NCBI GenBank assembly: GCA_013265495.1
Contig: MU057887.1
Coordinates: forward strand, 2,203,576-2,267,575
Origin: Vicugna vicugna
Taxonomy: Eukaryota
Length of the DNA: 64,000 nt
Direction: 5' to 3'
Positions within the stretch are counted from its first letter, which is position 1. Every line of letters starts with the position of its first letter. Position numbers and translations under genes: made by a program. A model generated the notes under the pieces. It worked only from the letters and a program-made list of their open reading frames with translations, ran no database searches and was not told the origin of the DNA. This document shows, in pieces, positions 1 to 12,650 of this stretch.

Positions 1-64
1 AGTGCTTTGAAAACGACAGCAAAAAAGAAATTACTCAGAAAATGAAATCAAAAGGCAAACAAAG

Positions 65-490
65 CACAGCCTCCATGCTTTTATTAGTAATTTCAACAGA
101 CATAAAATTACTCTGTCAATTTTTTATGAACACCTCTAAATGCTTGCTCTCAGTGTTTGTTCTCCTCCCACCCTGAGCTGTGACCACCGTTTTGCGGACC
201 AGCACAGCCCCAGAGACCACACTGGGCGAGGCGCTGATGGAAGAGATCCGCACCGTCTCTTGCCTGAGGGTTGGCCCTGCCGCACCCTCTGCTGGCCCTC
301 CCAGCCCCTGTGGATGACCTGACTGTCACTCCTCTCCAGGGTGGGAGCCTCCCTTCCTCCAGCGTCTCCCTGGACCCCCTGTCCAAGCCGAATGCCCCTC
401 CTCTGTGCTCGTGTGGGACGGCTGGCCCCTCCCTGGGGCACAGGCATACAGCCGGTTCTCGTAGTGCTTCTGAAGGGCATGGAGGTGCAC
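65..490 (-). other. Candidate terminal exon with polyadenylation signal
   Basis: Acceptor ctctctgtgtgcag|GTG at 491-492. AATAAA on the minus strand at 80-85 is followed by a GU/U-rich tract (gctgtgctttgtttgccttttg). Open frames end at 326 or 136. Confidence 0.4.
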
Positions 491-789
491 CTGCACACAG
501 AGAGGTCCAGGTGGCACTGTGATCAGCATCCCTCAAAACGTGGGCTGTGACCTCCGTGTGAGTGCTGCCACTTTGGGTTGGAAACGTGGGGCTATAAGTG
601 AATCCTTCCCTATTGGGATCCAGGGAAGGACACAGCTTTGGCTCCGTGGAATCTCCGAGATGATTTACAAAGACATGTGGCACCGTTTGCCTGCATGCCA
701 GGAGTGCGTGTTGTGCTTTGGGTGTCCATTTGTTGAGTCTAATGAGAAGCATTAATGTGATGTCCTTTAGCAGATGGCAGGTGTGGCAT

Positions 790-1020
790 TAAAACAGTTA
801 TTATGACCGAAATCCATATGTTGAAAAGTTATGTAGACTCATAGGGGAGATTAGAAACAGGCTTAAATTAAACTTCTAGCAATGAAACCTACAAAGCACC
901 GAATGACAAGTGGACTGGAGGGGCCGAACAGCGGAAGAGATCTTGCAGAAGACAATGTTAGCTTGAAGGTGTTCCCATAAAAATGATCCAAAATGCAACA
1001 CTGGGAGAGGAGAGTAAACC
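790..1020 (+). mobile_element. Ancient L1M ORF1 fragment
   Basis: A-rich sequence resembling old L1 ORF1 (aaacttctagcaatgaaa...atccaaaatgcaacac). Confidence 0.5.
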
Positions 1021-1029
1021 TGGGGACAC

Positions 1030-2530
1030 TTTTTATTGCTGAGTAGAATTCTGCTGTTTAGCGATATGACATTTTGATGATCTATTCAACAGGTGATGAA
1101 CGTTTGGTTTGTTTCCAGTGTTTGGCTGTTACACCGAGAGCTGCAGGAGAATTTCGAGCACACGGCTTTGTGCAGATTCCTGCCTCCAAGTCTCCTGGGT
1201 TAAAAATGAGGTGTGGGCTTGCTGGGGTTATGGTGAGCTTACGTTTGACTTTTGGAGAGATCGCCAGTTATTCTAAAATGACTGCCCTATTATACCCTCC
1301 CCAGTTCCACGTGCAGTTGGAACTCCCCAGTTCTCTCCCTCCTCTCCAACACCTGTTATGGTCTGTCTCATTGCTTACAGCCACTGTCGTGCGTGTGACG
1401 TAGTATCTCATTGGGGTCTTAATTTGCATTTTTAATGCCTAAGTGATGATGAGCATCTTTTTATGTGTTTAAAACCATGTGCATCTCTTCATTGGTGAAA
1501 TATCTATTCAAAATTTTTGTCCATTAAAAAAAATTGGGTTGTTTTCTTATTTTTGAGTTGTAAACTTTCTTGATATATTCCAGATACAAGCTCTTTACCA
1601 GACAACAATTTGTATATATTTCTCCCAATTTTTGGTTTGCCTTTTAAGAGTTTCTTTCAAAGAGCAAACATTTTAAATTTTGATGGAATCCAGTTGATCA
1701 AATTCATTTCTGAGGAATGCCTCTTTGGTGTCACGTTTAAGAAACCTTTGCCTCAGCAAAGATCGTGAAGATTTTCTCCTATGTTTTCTTCTCAGCATTC
1801 AAGATTGTCATGATTGCAATGGGCATCTGGTACATTTTGAGTTAATTTTGCACACGGTGCGTGGTAAGCCTCTGCGCTCCTTCCCCCTCCCTCCTCCTCA
1901 GTTGACCCTCAGTGGTGGGGTTTATTTCTAGACTCTTAATTCTGTTTCAGTCACCTTTGTCTCTCCTTATGCCAATACCACACGTTATTGGTTACTATGG
2001 TGTTAAAGTAAGTTCGGAGATTGGGAAGAATAAGTTCTCAAACTTTATTCTTCTTTTTCAAAATTACTTTTGCTATTATAGAACTTTTATATTTGCATAT
2101 ACTTTTTTTTAAGGTCAACACATATACACACACACACATACACCTGGGAGTATTTTATTTGGAATAGTACTGGATCTGCGCATCAAGTTGAGAAAGAATC
2201 ACCATTCTAACAGTATTGAGTCTTTCCATCCATGAACGTGGATTTTTTTTTATTACTTAGATCTTTAATTTATCTCAGCAGCTTGATAGTTTTCAGTGGA
2301 CAAGTTACACTTTTTGTTAAATTTATTCCTGAGTATTTTATTCTTTCTGATGCTATTTTAAGTGGAATTATTTTTTAAAATTTCATTTTCAGTGAGCTCA
2401 TTTCTAGTATGTAGAAATGTCATTAACGTTTGTGTGTGGCAGTTGTATCTTGTGACCTTGATGAATTCATTTATTTGTTCTATTGGATTTTTGATGACTC
2501 CTGACTGCTTTCTATGTGTAAGATCACATT
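1030..2530 (-). mobile_element. L1M (L1MC/ME-type) 3' ORF2/UTR, antisense, nested in another L1
   Basis: T-rich antisense L1 hallmarks (ttaatttgcatt...gagcatcttttt; tttattcctgagtatttt). Confidence 0.8.
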
Positions 2531-2539
2531 GTTTATAAA

Positions 2540-5500
2540 TTATATACATGAAGTGGAAACTGGAAAGCTAAGGGGAGAAGAAGATGTACCCATAATCCCA
2601 TGTGGCGATTTTAACACACTCACTTCTGTACAATGGAGCAATAGACATAAAATCATCAAAGAGGTAGAAGATTCAAAAAACAACTCTACCAACAAACCTC
2701 ATCCAACTGACATTTGTAAACCACTCTATTTGACAATTGAAGAATACGCATTCTTTCACTCTGTGGATAGGAAGTTCTCCAGGCTGTAGTGACCATGTGC
2801 TGTGGCATAAAATAAGCCTCAGTAAATTTTGTAGGGTTGAAATAATAAATATCCTCTTTGGTCACAATACAGTTAAATGGAGGAGGAAGAACATTTTACA
2901 AATCACTTTATGTTGCCAGCTTAACCATGATACCAAAACATGACAAAGACATTACAATTAAATTAGAAATTAAAAAACAAAAAAAATCCAAATAGTTGGC
3001 AATTGGATACACAGTTATAAATAACTCACAAGTCAAAGAAGTCAAGGAACAAATCACAATGAAAACGAGGAAATATTTTTAAACCAATAAAAATGAAAGC
3101 ACCACAGATCAAAATTTATGAACCAACATTAAAACAATGCTTAGAAAGAAATTTATAAATTTAAGTGTATACTTAGAAAGGAGTTGAAATGAAAAGTTAA
3201 TGACCTACTTTTAGAAGCTAGCAAAATAAGAGCAAATTATTTCCAAAGAAAGTAGCATAATGAAAACCATAAAGGTAAGAGCAGAATTACATGAATTAGA
3301 AAACCTGCACTTAGGAAATTAGTAAAGTGAAAAAAAAAAAGCTCTTTTAAAAGATTAACAAAATTGATAAAACCTTAGCAAGACAGATAGTAAAGAACAG
3401 ACACACACACACACACACACACACATACACACGAGGCAGGGGACAGGGAAACACTGCAAATAACCAATATTAGGGCAAAAGCAAGGCTATTACTAAAGGG
3501 GCTACAGACATTCAATGAACAATAAGAGAACATCAAGAACATCTTTTTTGCCAGTTGCTTTTTACAAATTAGATATAATACATAAATTTCTTCAAGAAAC
3601 ATTATTTATCAGAAAAAAGAAGAAATAGAAATGCACAATAGCCCTAAATCTATAATCACCTTGAGTTCATAGTTAAATAATTTTTATAATGAAAACCCTA
3701 GGCTAGGGTAATCTAAGTAATGAATTTAACACTGGAGTAAGAACTATTACTAAACTCATACACTATTTCAAAATATTAAGGAAGAGAGAACATGTTGCAG
3801 ATCATTGCATGATGCCAGTGTAACCATGATGCTAAAACCTACCAGAGATACTATAGAAGAATAAAGCTGTAGACCAATATCCTTCACCAGTTTAGGGATA
3901 AAATTCCTAAACAAGACACTACCAAACAGAAAGCAGTAATATATAAAAGTCTGATATGCTGTGACTAAATGAAGCTTATCCCAGGGGGCAATGTTTGTTT
4001 AACATTCAAAAGTCAATCAGTGTAATTCACCGCACCAATAAATAAAGGGCACATGTGAAAAACCAACAGCTAACATCATACAGTGGTGAGACATTGAAGC
4101 TTTGACCTTAACATCAGGAACAAAGCACAAATGTCTGCTTTTATCACTGCTACCTAACAGTATACTGGAGGTCCTAACTAGAGTCAGGAATCAAGAGAAA
4201 TGTAAATGGCGCACATATTTGAAAGGAAAAAGTAAAACTCTCCACTTCCAGAGACAGCATTCTTGTCCACATGGAAATTTATTAAGCAACCTTTAATAAA
4301 AACTAACAGATTATTACATACGCTTTCAGATATGGTCACAGGAAACAAATCAACATAACATCCTTTAAAAATATATAATAATGACAATCAATTGGAAATA
4401 ATTTTTAAAAGCGTTTTAATATATAACAAGAAATAAAATACTTAAAGATAACTTTAGCAAAAGATGTATGTGATTTTTTTATGTGAAAAGTACAAATGTG
4501 GCTTATAGAGTTAAAAGAGAGCTAAATCAGTGCACAGGTATACCATGTTCATAGATTGGGAGAATCAACATTGTTAATCTGTCAGTTCTCCCCAGACATG
4601 TATAGATTAAATTCAGTTCCATTCAAAATCCAGTCCCTCTCTCTCTTTTTTTCTCTTTCTCCCTTCCTTCCTCCCTCCCTCCTTTCTCTTTCTCTTTCTC
4701 TTCCTGGGAAGTAGCAAGTGACTCTAAAATTTATAGTCACATGCAAAGGAAATAGAATAGATAAAGTGTTTTTAAGAAGCCAAGTTGGACGCCTCATAAC
4801 TGTTAGCAATACTTATCATAAAGTTACAATAAATGGGATAATGTATTGATGGCATACATTTAGGCACACAGATCAATGACAAACAAGAGAGCCCAGATCG
4901 ACTCATACATATAAAGCCGATTGATTTTCAACAAAAATGTCGAGGTAATTCAATGCAGAAAGGAAAATCTTTTTAACAGCTAGTACTCCAACAACTGGAT
5001 ACCCATATAGGAAAAAAAGGAAGCTCAATCTCTGTTACACACCCTTCACAAATATGAATGGAGGTTACAGCCCTACATGTAAAACCTGTAACTATGAAGC
5101 TTTTAAAAGAAAACCAAAGAATGTAATTGTGATCGTGGAGTAGGCAAAATTTCTTAGCAGGATCCAAAAAGCAATAACCATAAAAGAAATGGACAATTTG
5201 AGCTTCCTCAAAATTAAGAGCTTCTTCTCATCAAAAGATGCCATTAAGAAAATGCTACTCTTTCCCCCTCCACAGCCAGTCTGTGGGAGCAAACACTGGC
5301 AGTACAATAGGACCACAGAGCACAAACTTTTGTCTTAAGTCAAATGGCTTATTTTATGGGATATATAAGAATATCATCTGAATAGTTATAAAAGGTTAAA
5401 AAAGGTAGGGAAAATGATGAATGACTTGCATACCTACTCCACAAACGAAGACACACCAGCATGTGCCAATAAGCACATGAAAAGGGGTTAGAAATCTCAA

Positions 5501-6210
5501 TGGTAAAGGAAATGATACAAACTAAAACCGCAATTCAATACCACTTCACGGCCGTATTCAAGACGGACACCATCAAATGTTGCAAGAACGCAGGTTTATG
5601 AGAATCCCTATATATCGCTGAGAAGTGGCGCTATCATTCTGGAGAGCTATTGGCCAATTTCTTGTAAATTTTAATGTACTTCTACTCAGTAATCTGGCAA
5701 TTTGTGCACCAAGAAGAATAAAAATATACTTACTCAGAAAACTTGTAAATGAGTGTGATATTAGCTTTATTCATAGAAGCCCAGAATTGAAAACAACCCA
5801 AATAGCCATCAACTGGAGAAAGAATATGTAATTTTTGGAACGCTAATACAATAGTATACTGGTTTTTAATATTATTAAAAATGATAAATTGTTGCTACAT
5901 GGAACCGCATAGATGAATCTCAGAAGCATCACGGGGAGTGAAAGAAGCAAGTCCCTGAAAGAGCACACACCGCCTGCATTTATACAGAGCTCAGGAGCAG
6001 GCCGGCAAAGCTAACCAAGGGTGATGGAAACCAGAACAGCGATCGCTTATGAGGGTGGGGAACGACTGGCGGGGAGGGGAGGGGGCTCTCGAGGTGATGA
6101 AAATGTTCTAAATCTTGAGAGGTGTGTATGTGTCAAAATTCATTGAACTGTACGGTCCAGATCTGAGCATCTCACTGCATGTAAATTTCTTCTCAAGTTT
6201 CTGGAAAAAG
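2540..6210 (+). mobile_element. L1ME-type ORF2 relic through 3' UTR
   Basis: Endonuclease GDFNT motif in ORF 2514..2789; LLPNSILEVL RT-region peptide in ORF 4102..4296; L1ME-like 3' end (gtcaaaattcattgaactgtac...gcatgtaaatt). Confidence 0.85.
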
Positions 6211-6530
6211 GAAATGTGGCTAGCCTGATATAACTTACTCATAGTGAGCCTACATTTTTTTTCCAATTTTCATGTAAAATTGGAAAAAAATTCATTTAAA
6301 GTTTCGTTTTCCTTTAAAACTGTGGCCAGTCATAAATTACTGTCCTGACTCTGCCTCCAACAAAAATCTCAAGGTTTTGAGCCCTGAAGATGAGGCGAGA
6401 GGACTTGGCTCTTTTCCTTGGGTACCTCCCCAGTCTCCCCGTCAAGGCCCCTGAGGGTCACTGCGGCTTAAGGAAGGCCACTCTTTGAGACCGTTTTTCG
6501 GTGGGAACCCCACACCACGGTGGCGCTCAC

Positions 6531-6670
6531 TTCATTTCAAACCACAGTCTTCCCTGCTCCTGGAGCCAGTGGAAGAAGTCCAAAGACAGGTATCTTGTTT
6601 TGTCCTACGCTCGAGGAAGAATCGATGCGTTCTCACGGAGAACGATGCTAATGTCTTTGGAAGAAAGTGT
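6531..6670 (-). pseudogene. Candidate internal pseudo-exon (140 bp)
   Basis: Acceptor gcctgccttttaaag, donor GAA|gtgagc. Frame 0 reads TLSSKDISIVLRENASILPRA*DKTRYLSLDFFHWLQEQGRLWFEM; its phase-2 end fits the 136..498 frame of the terminal exon. Confidence 0.35.
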
Positions 6671-6970
6671 CTTTAAAAGGCAGGCACCGTTCTCTCCCCC
6701 ACAGTGAAGGAGGAGGACCCACGGCTCCCTCCCCCAGCTCCGTCTTAGCTGTCCTGGTGCATCCCTTTGGCCAGGTTTTCTGACGTCAGTACCGAGAAAC
6801 AGGAATCAGCCAACAACACTCCTTTTAAAAGTGTCAGGATAAACTTTTATATAAAGGTACAAACTGTCATTTCTCAAGAATGTATGCATGGAAAGAACAC
6901 ACACATTTATGGTTTCTTCTATAAATTCTTTCCGCTTTATTGTTTTTCCTCTTCTTCCTCCCTTCCTTCA

Positions 6971-7413
6971 TTGCCAGGAGCATGGCTCCCTCAGAGCTCC
7001 TGCTGCGGGGACCCTGATTGACTTATGGACCCAGGTCCTGTCTCTCTGGACGCATGGACATTTGTGACCCCACATCTTCTCCCGGGCTGCTTCCAGCCAA
7101 TGTCTGAGCACCACAGGGGTACTCATTCAGGCCCACACATGCAATAAGGGGGCTCCTCGGGCGGGCAGTATTGGCTTGAGGGCTTGCCATCAGTCTGGTC
7201 AAATATTTCTTACAACTGTGCGACAGTCAGACTCGTTCTACCCAGTCCTCCTTCTCTCCTCTCCTTCACGCGCGTTTGACCTACATCGTGGTCTGAAGGC
7301 CGTCCTTTCCCTCTCCTGCGCCCTGCTTCATCCTTCACAGGCATGTGCTCAGCAAATCTCCTGCATGTCAAACCCCACCTTGGGGTCTAGTTCTGCGCAG
7401 ATCCCGCGTGACA
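6971..7413 (+). mobile_element. LTR16A-like solo LTR (ERVL)
   Basis: Matches recalled LTR16A blocks: cagccaatgtctgagcac, catcgtggtctgaaggc, aaatctcctgcatgtcaaacccc; ends in CA. Confidence 0.75.
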
Positions 7414-8011
7414 CATTCCTCCTTATCCTCATCCTCCTTGTGTCTCTTCTCCATCTGCTCATGTGCCTCCTCTTTCCTCTGCTCTCCCCTTAGTTCTCCT
7501 GTTGTCTTCCTCTGGGTTTTTGCTGTATTCACGCCTCCTTGGCCATCTGTGGAATCTTCTTTCCATAGTTATTGGAACTCACACTGCCTGTGGGATGGAC
7601 TACGGCCTATCTGATTACAGAGTAGAGTTGACAATTTTACCAATTCTAGCCAAAATCAATAAACATATGTTTAATTAGGAGTCTTGTAACCATGAAGATA
7701 TGAAGAACTGGGGAAGGCTAACCAAGAGGAAAGAAATGCCTGAGTAGAGCTCAGGGGAGCGGGGCTTTGCCAGAGCGCACAGACGCTCCCGAGGACGGAA
7801 ATCATAGGGAAGAACATGCTGGCTTAAGATGAGGAAAACTATCAGAGGAGGAGTCGCACATCGCAAAATAGTGTCTTAGAGAGCTGTCAGCCCCCCACTA
7901 ACGGGAGTTTTCACATTGATTTAAATTGAGAATTGATTAGAAATTTTAATTGCAAATGAGTTCTGTGAGAAAAATGTGAACTCAGAGCCTCCGAGCAGGG
8001 AATTTCTTTCC

Positions 8012-8026
8012 CTGCCATCTGCTGGC
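8012..8026 (-). promoter_or_regulatory. CTCF-like motif
   Basis: Minus strand GCCAGCAGATGGCAG matches the CTCF core CCASYAGRKGGCRS; an AP-1 site (TGAGTCA) lies nearby at ~8080. Confidence 0.4.
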
Positions 8027-8629
8027 AATGTACGCCCACAACCACTAAGAACGCTTAGCTATGTTGCAAATTAACATTATGAGTCAGTAAGTGGTTGTTT
8101 CAAAATACCCTTTGGTTGAGTTAGGTAGCAACAGCGACAGCTACAATAACCAGAACAAAGTCTCTAACTAATGCCACTGCCTCATACAACAACTCAGCTT
8201 GGTCTTCTGCCGGAAATCATGGTATACAACATGCCAAATAGTGAAAATTTGGAATCCAAGTGACATATGTACACAGATATGCTGCTATTCAACAACACTG
8301 CATCTGACTATCTTGCCCAATGCAATAAGACAAGAAAAGAAAGAAGCAACATGTAATAAGAGGTAATATGTAATAAGGAAAAATATCTGTGGTCATCTTT
8401 GCAGATGTTTGTCTAGTTAAAAGTATTAAACAAAAAGAAACAGCAACACAACTGAAATATATTTTAGTAATAAAAGAGCTCAGTAAGGGGCTGGATAAAA
8501 AGCCAACATGCAACGAAGTGTTTCCTCATACACAAATGCCCGACACCTTCCATGAAGTCTAGACTCATGATACACGGTGCCTGCTCAATATCACTGCTTA
8601 TGTTTCTTCCCTCCTCCTCCCTTCCTCCC

Positions 8630-9810
8630 GCAGGTGTTTAGGCGCTCCCATTCTGTGCCGGGCCCTCTTTAAGTTGTTGGGGAAGAGGATGGCAAAAGGG
8701 GAGAATAAGTTCCTGTCCCCTTGGACCTGGCCCTATAGGGCAACCAGACAATGGAAAATAAATATTACATATGGTGCCCTAGACTGTGGTAACTGCTAAT
8801 GAACAAATAAAGCAAGAAAACAGAAAGGGCGTGTTGATGGGCAGGGGCTGGGATTTTGCTGGGATGCCTGGGGCGTTCTCACCGAAGGCACAGTGGTGCG
8901 AGGGGCGGGAACGCAGCTTCCAGCAGGAGAGCCTTCCGGACAGGAGGTGCAGGCACGCGAGGGCCCTGCCCCGGCAGCCTGCCTGGCTTGCCCCAGCTGG
9001 CCCGCGGGCCGGTGTGTCTGGAGCAGAGCGACAGGAGAGCAAGGCTGTAGGGGAGAGGATCACTTAGGAATTCTGAGTCGCTGCAAGTGTGAGGGAGGGG
9101 GATGCGATTGACAGCCTGAGTGGATGAGTGACACCATTTCTACTTGACACTCAAGACAGATTCCTGCGAGCCTTCCCAGCACACTCCGGAACCACTCCCC
9201 TCCCACTGTTTCCATACAGGGAGTGGGCCCTCCCCTCCCCAGTCACTCAGGCCGTGGTCCTCAGAGTCTGCCTCTGCTCCTCTGTCTTGTGGGTGCACAT
9301 CAACTTCATCACCAAACCCTACTGCCCTGACCTTTCATATAGAACTGAAATCTTCTCTGAGATTTCCACCCCCGGCCTAAGGTGTAATTGTCTCTCTCTA
9401 GGTCGGGAGCCTCCAACTGGTCCCCTAATTTCATTCTTGACCGTCCACCCTGTGTTTCACAGGGGCGTCCAAAGTGACTCTTTAAAATACAAAAGCCAAA
9501 CCACGTGCTTCCCTTGCTCAGAACTCCCCAAGGTCTTCTCATCACACAGTCCTCAGCATGGACTTACAGGGACACAGGATCTTGCCACGCTGCTGTTCCC
9601 ACCTCCTCTCTCCCACTTCTGCCCCACCCACGCCAGCCCCGTCACTGCCCTGCTGTTCTCTTTCAGGCACCGCAGCGGGTGCCCCCGCAAAACCGTCACA
9701 TTTCCTGCAGCCTCTGCAGGGAGTGTTCCTCCTGTGACTCAGTAGCTCACTCAGTTCCCGTATCTGCTCAGACTTCGTCTCCTAAGAAAAGACTTCCCTT
9801 GTGAGCCTGT
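8630..9810. mobile_element. L2 fragments (antisense ~8630-9110; sense ~9250-9800)
   Basis: L2 hallmarks such as agcctccaactggtccc and aagtgactctttaaaatacaaaagccaaaccacgtgcttcccttgctcagaactccc. Confidence 0.6.
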
Positions 9811-9829
9811 TAAAGAGACCTGCCTTATC

Positions 9830-10720
9830 AACATTTTTCAAATATGTAAGTTCCCCAGAAATTAATCTACAGGGTCAGTGACATCCCCCTTCCAAGAAAA
9901 TCCGATGGAATTTGTGTGCCACCGAACAGATTCATTTTGAAGTTTGTATGAAATAAAATTTTCAAGAAAACAGCCGAAATCATTGTTTTTTATTTTTGAT
10001 TTCAAAAAGCAACAAGAGATGCCCTATTGGATATCAAAATACAGCATAATGATGAAGTAGTTAAACCAGCATGCTGTTGGTGCCGTAAAAATACTAAACT
10101 GAATGTAGTAAGAAGCAAGAAATACACCCACGTCAATTGCAGCTGGCAGTGTGTGGCAAGCTTACGGGATAAGGAAGAGTCTGAAACTCGTGGAGAAAGT
10201 ATAGATCACTAAATAAATGACATTGGAACAAGTATCTCGCCATATCATAGAAGACAGTATCATAAATAACAGGAAACGTTAAATGCAAAACATTAAAGCA
10301 AATCATGAAACAGGAAAAGAAAATATAAGAATTTATTGTAACCGTTTGGCACATAAAGGCTCTTCCGAAGCAGAGAATTACGAAACCATCAGAAAATGAG
10401 AAATACAGAAGGATGTGACTTAATTAAAAGGAAAATAAGATTTCAGAATAACAAGACAACTTAAATGAAATCAAAAGAAACGCTTTAATCTGAGAGAAAG
10501 CCATTACCAGGGATGTAAAAAAATTGCAGCTCTGTATTAATAAGGTCAAGGGCACCTAACGTAGGAACGGGCAAAGCCTCTGGCCGCATCACTTCCCTCT
10601 GGGCAATGCAAAGCAACAGTAAACAGCATGAGAGACGGTCAGCCTCGGCTGGTCATGGGAGTGAAAGGGAAAATACTGATGGGGCGTTCTTGCTTAGATT
10701 GTAATGCTAAGCTGACAGCA
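9830..10720 (+). mobile_element. Highly diverged L1ME ORF2 fragment
   Basis: A-rich; ttccccagaaattaatctac and gtagttaaaccagcatgctgttggtgc resemble the C-terminal part of L1 ORF2. Confidence 0.6.
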
Positions 10721-12179
10721 CCAAGCCTCCGTCGTCTCTAGTTCCAGGCACTCGCGTTTGCTCACAGACAGTCGCTAGGTTGGGGGGGTGGTGGTGAGAG
10801 GACCACTCCTGTCTCCCCCCTTGATTTCCGGACCCACGCATTACGGCTCGGGGAGAAGCACCACACAGCAGGCCGACTTACAGCATAAGCGCGTTCTACA
10901 AGGAGCACCCCGTCCTTTCAGGACGCTGAATCCCACTGCACCAGAACTGAGAATTCAGTGTGCCGCCCTCCCTCTCAGTCAGGCTGCCTACTTCCGGACG
11001 GATGGCCGAGCGTGGGGTAAGACCAGGAAAGTCCGCGGGCAGGAGCCCTTGGCTGCGCTCTTTGCTATGAAAGGAGTTTCCCGACCAGATGCAGGGCTGG
11101 GAGGCGGGCCAGGCGGGTGGGTACTGCATTCTGTGAGCCCATGAACGATGGGGAGGGCAGAAGCGTTCCAGGTAGGGGAGGAAAATCTGTATCCAGAGAA
11201 CGTGTGTGCGCCTGTGAGGACGAATCTGTGCCTCCTCAGCAGTGGGAGATGACGGGAGAGGTCCAGTGTAGTCAACCTGTCTCCAGGTGGCCCATCTGTC
11301 CCCCCAGGGATTGGCTCAAACCCCAGGGGGCCGCAGGCATGGCCTCAGGGCAAGGGGGCACGGGACAGGGGCGGTGCCAGGTGGGCCTGGGACACCTGCT
11401 CGTGCTGCCCGAGCCCAGTCTCTTGCACCCACTTCCGCTCAGCAGTGGGTGCTGCTGCCCCCCCCCCCCGTCGTGCTAGGTGGGCCCGGCAGCCCCCGGT
11501 TGACTGGGAGGTCCCCACAGGCGGGGCGGAAGGCATCTGCGTGCTGTCGAATCCTTCAGGGTATCAGGACTTTCCTAGTAAATCCGTCGATTGTTGGTAA
11601 AGCCTGGAAGAATTTGGGCTAGAAGTTACTGTTTTGAGTCCAGAGGAGGACTAAGCAGATTTTCCACAGGCGAGGGTCTGCAGATTCATTCTCGGTGCAC
11701 AGCTGCTCTGTTATAAAGAGTTTTCTTTCTGCTGAAGTTTTACCTGTGTCACGCCCCCAGTCACTTCAAACACCAGCCAAAGGGCGCACAGGCTTCTTGA
11801 CACAACCTCCATATCCCCCCACATTTGCCCCGTCCAACTGTAACTCTTATCGCCTCCTGCAGTTGCCCTGCCCCAGAGCCAGTCCATGAGGGGACAGTAT
11901 AAGAACACGCGTAACCACAGCACCAGGAAGAGCTGGGTGACGTGTCTGAGGCAGGCAGAGGGCCGTGCGGGAGCGCAGGGAGGGGCGGGCCAGGTTCTGG
12001 CTGGGGACCGGGGGGAGGCCGAGGGAAGAGGCGGCCCGCATCATGGGCCTCGAATAAAGGACTGGGGCCTGGACGGTGGAAAGGCTGGTGGAAGCGAGAG
12101 AGCTGCCGGCACAGATGCAGGGAACGGGCAGCGCGGGGCTCGTCAGTGGGACGCCAGATGGACCTCTGCTTGTATCAGA

Positions 12180-12650
12180 GTATTCATTCATTCAATCATT
12201 CCCTCATTTATTTCTTCACAGGTATTTACTGAGATCCTAGTGTGTGTGAGACCCATGCTAGGCAGCCCTAATAAAATGGTTAGTAAGACTGGCAAAACCT
12301 CTGGCCTCATGGATCTCACAGTCAGCAGGGAAGATGGACACTGTTTTCTAAAATCCCACTGTTCATCATAAAACCAAGCATGAGAAGAGCCACAGCGCAC
12401 AGAGCTACCAGGGGCTGTTGGAGATGAGCCGCTCTGGATGGGAGAAGTAGCTGGCAATTTGGAAGCAGACGGATTTGGGTTTGAAATCTGGCTCCTCATT
12501 TGCCAGCCCTGTAATCTTGGCAAGGTTCTCTCTGAGCTCGCGTCTCGGCGGTGCTCCCGTGGATAGCATCTCTTTGCGTTGCTGTTAAGAGGACTCGGGA
12601 AGACAACGCATCTGATTTGCCTGGCACAAACACGGCACCAACAACAGTCC
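12180..12650. mobile_element. L2 3' end (antisense, 12180-12340) and MIR (sense, ~12460-12650)
   Basis: (attc)n tail plus tatttactgag...tgctaggc; MIR core gggtttgaaatctggctc...gtaatcttggcaag. Confidence 0.65.

Noticed and set aside
11520..11708. Protein-like minus-strand reading (PRLWKICLVLLWTQNSNF*PKFFQALPTIDGF)
   Set aside because: Weak splice signals, two stops and no motif linking it to the pseudogene.
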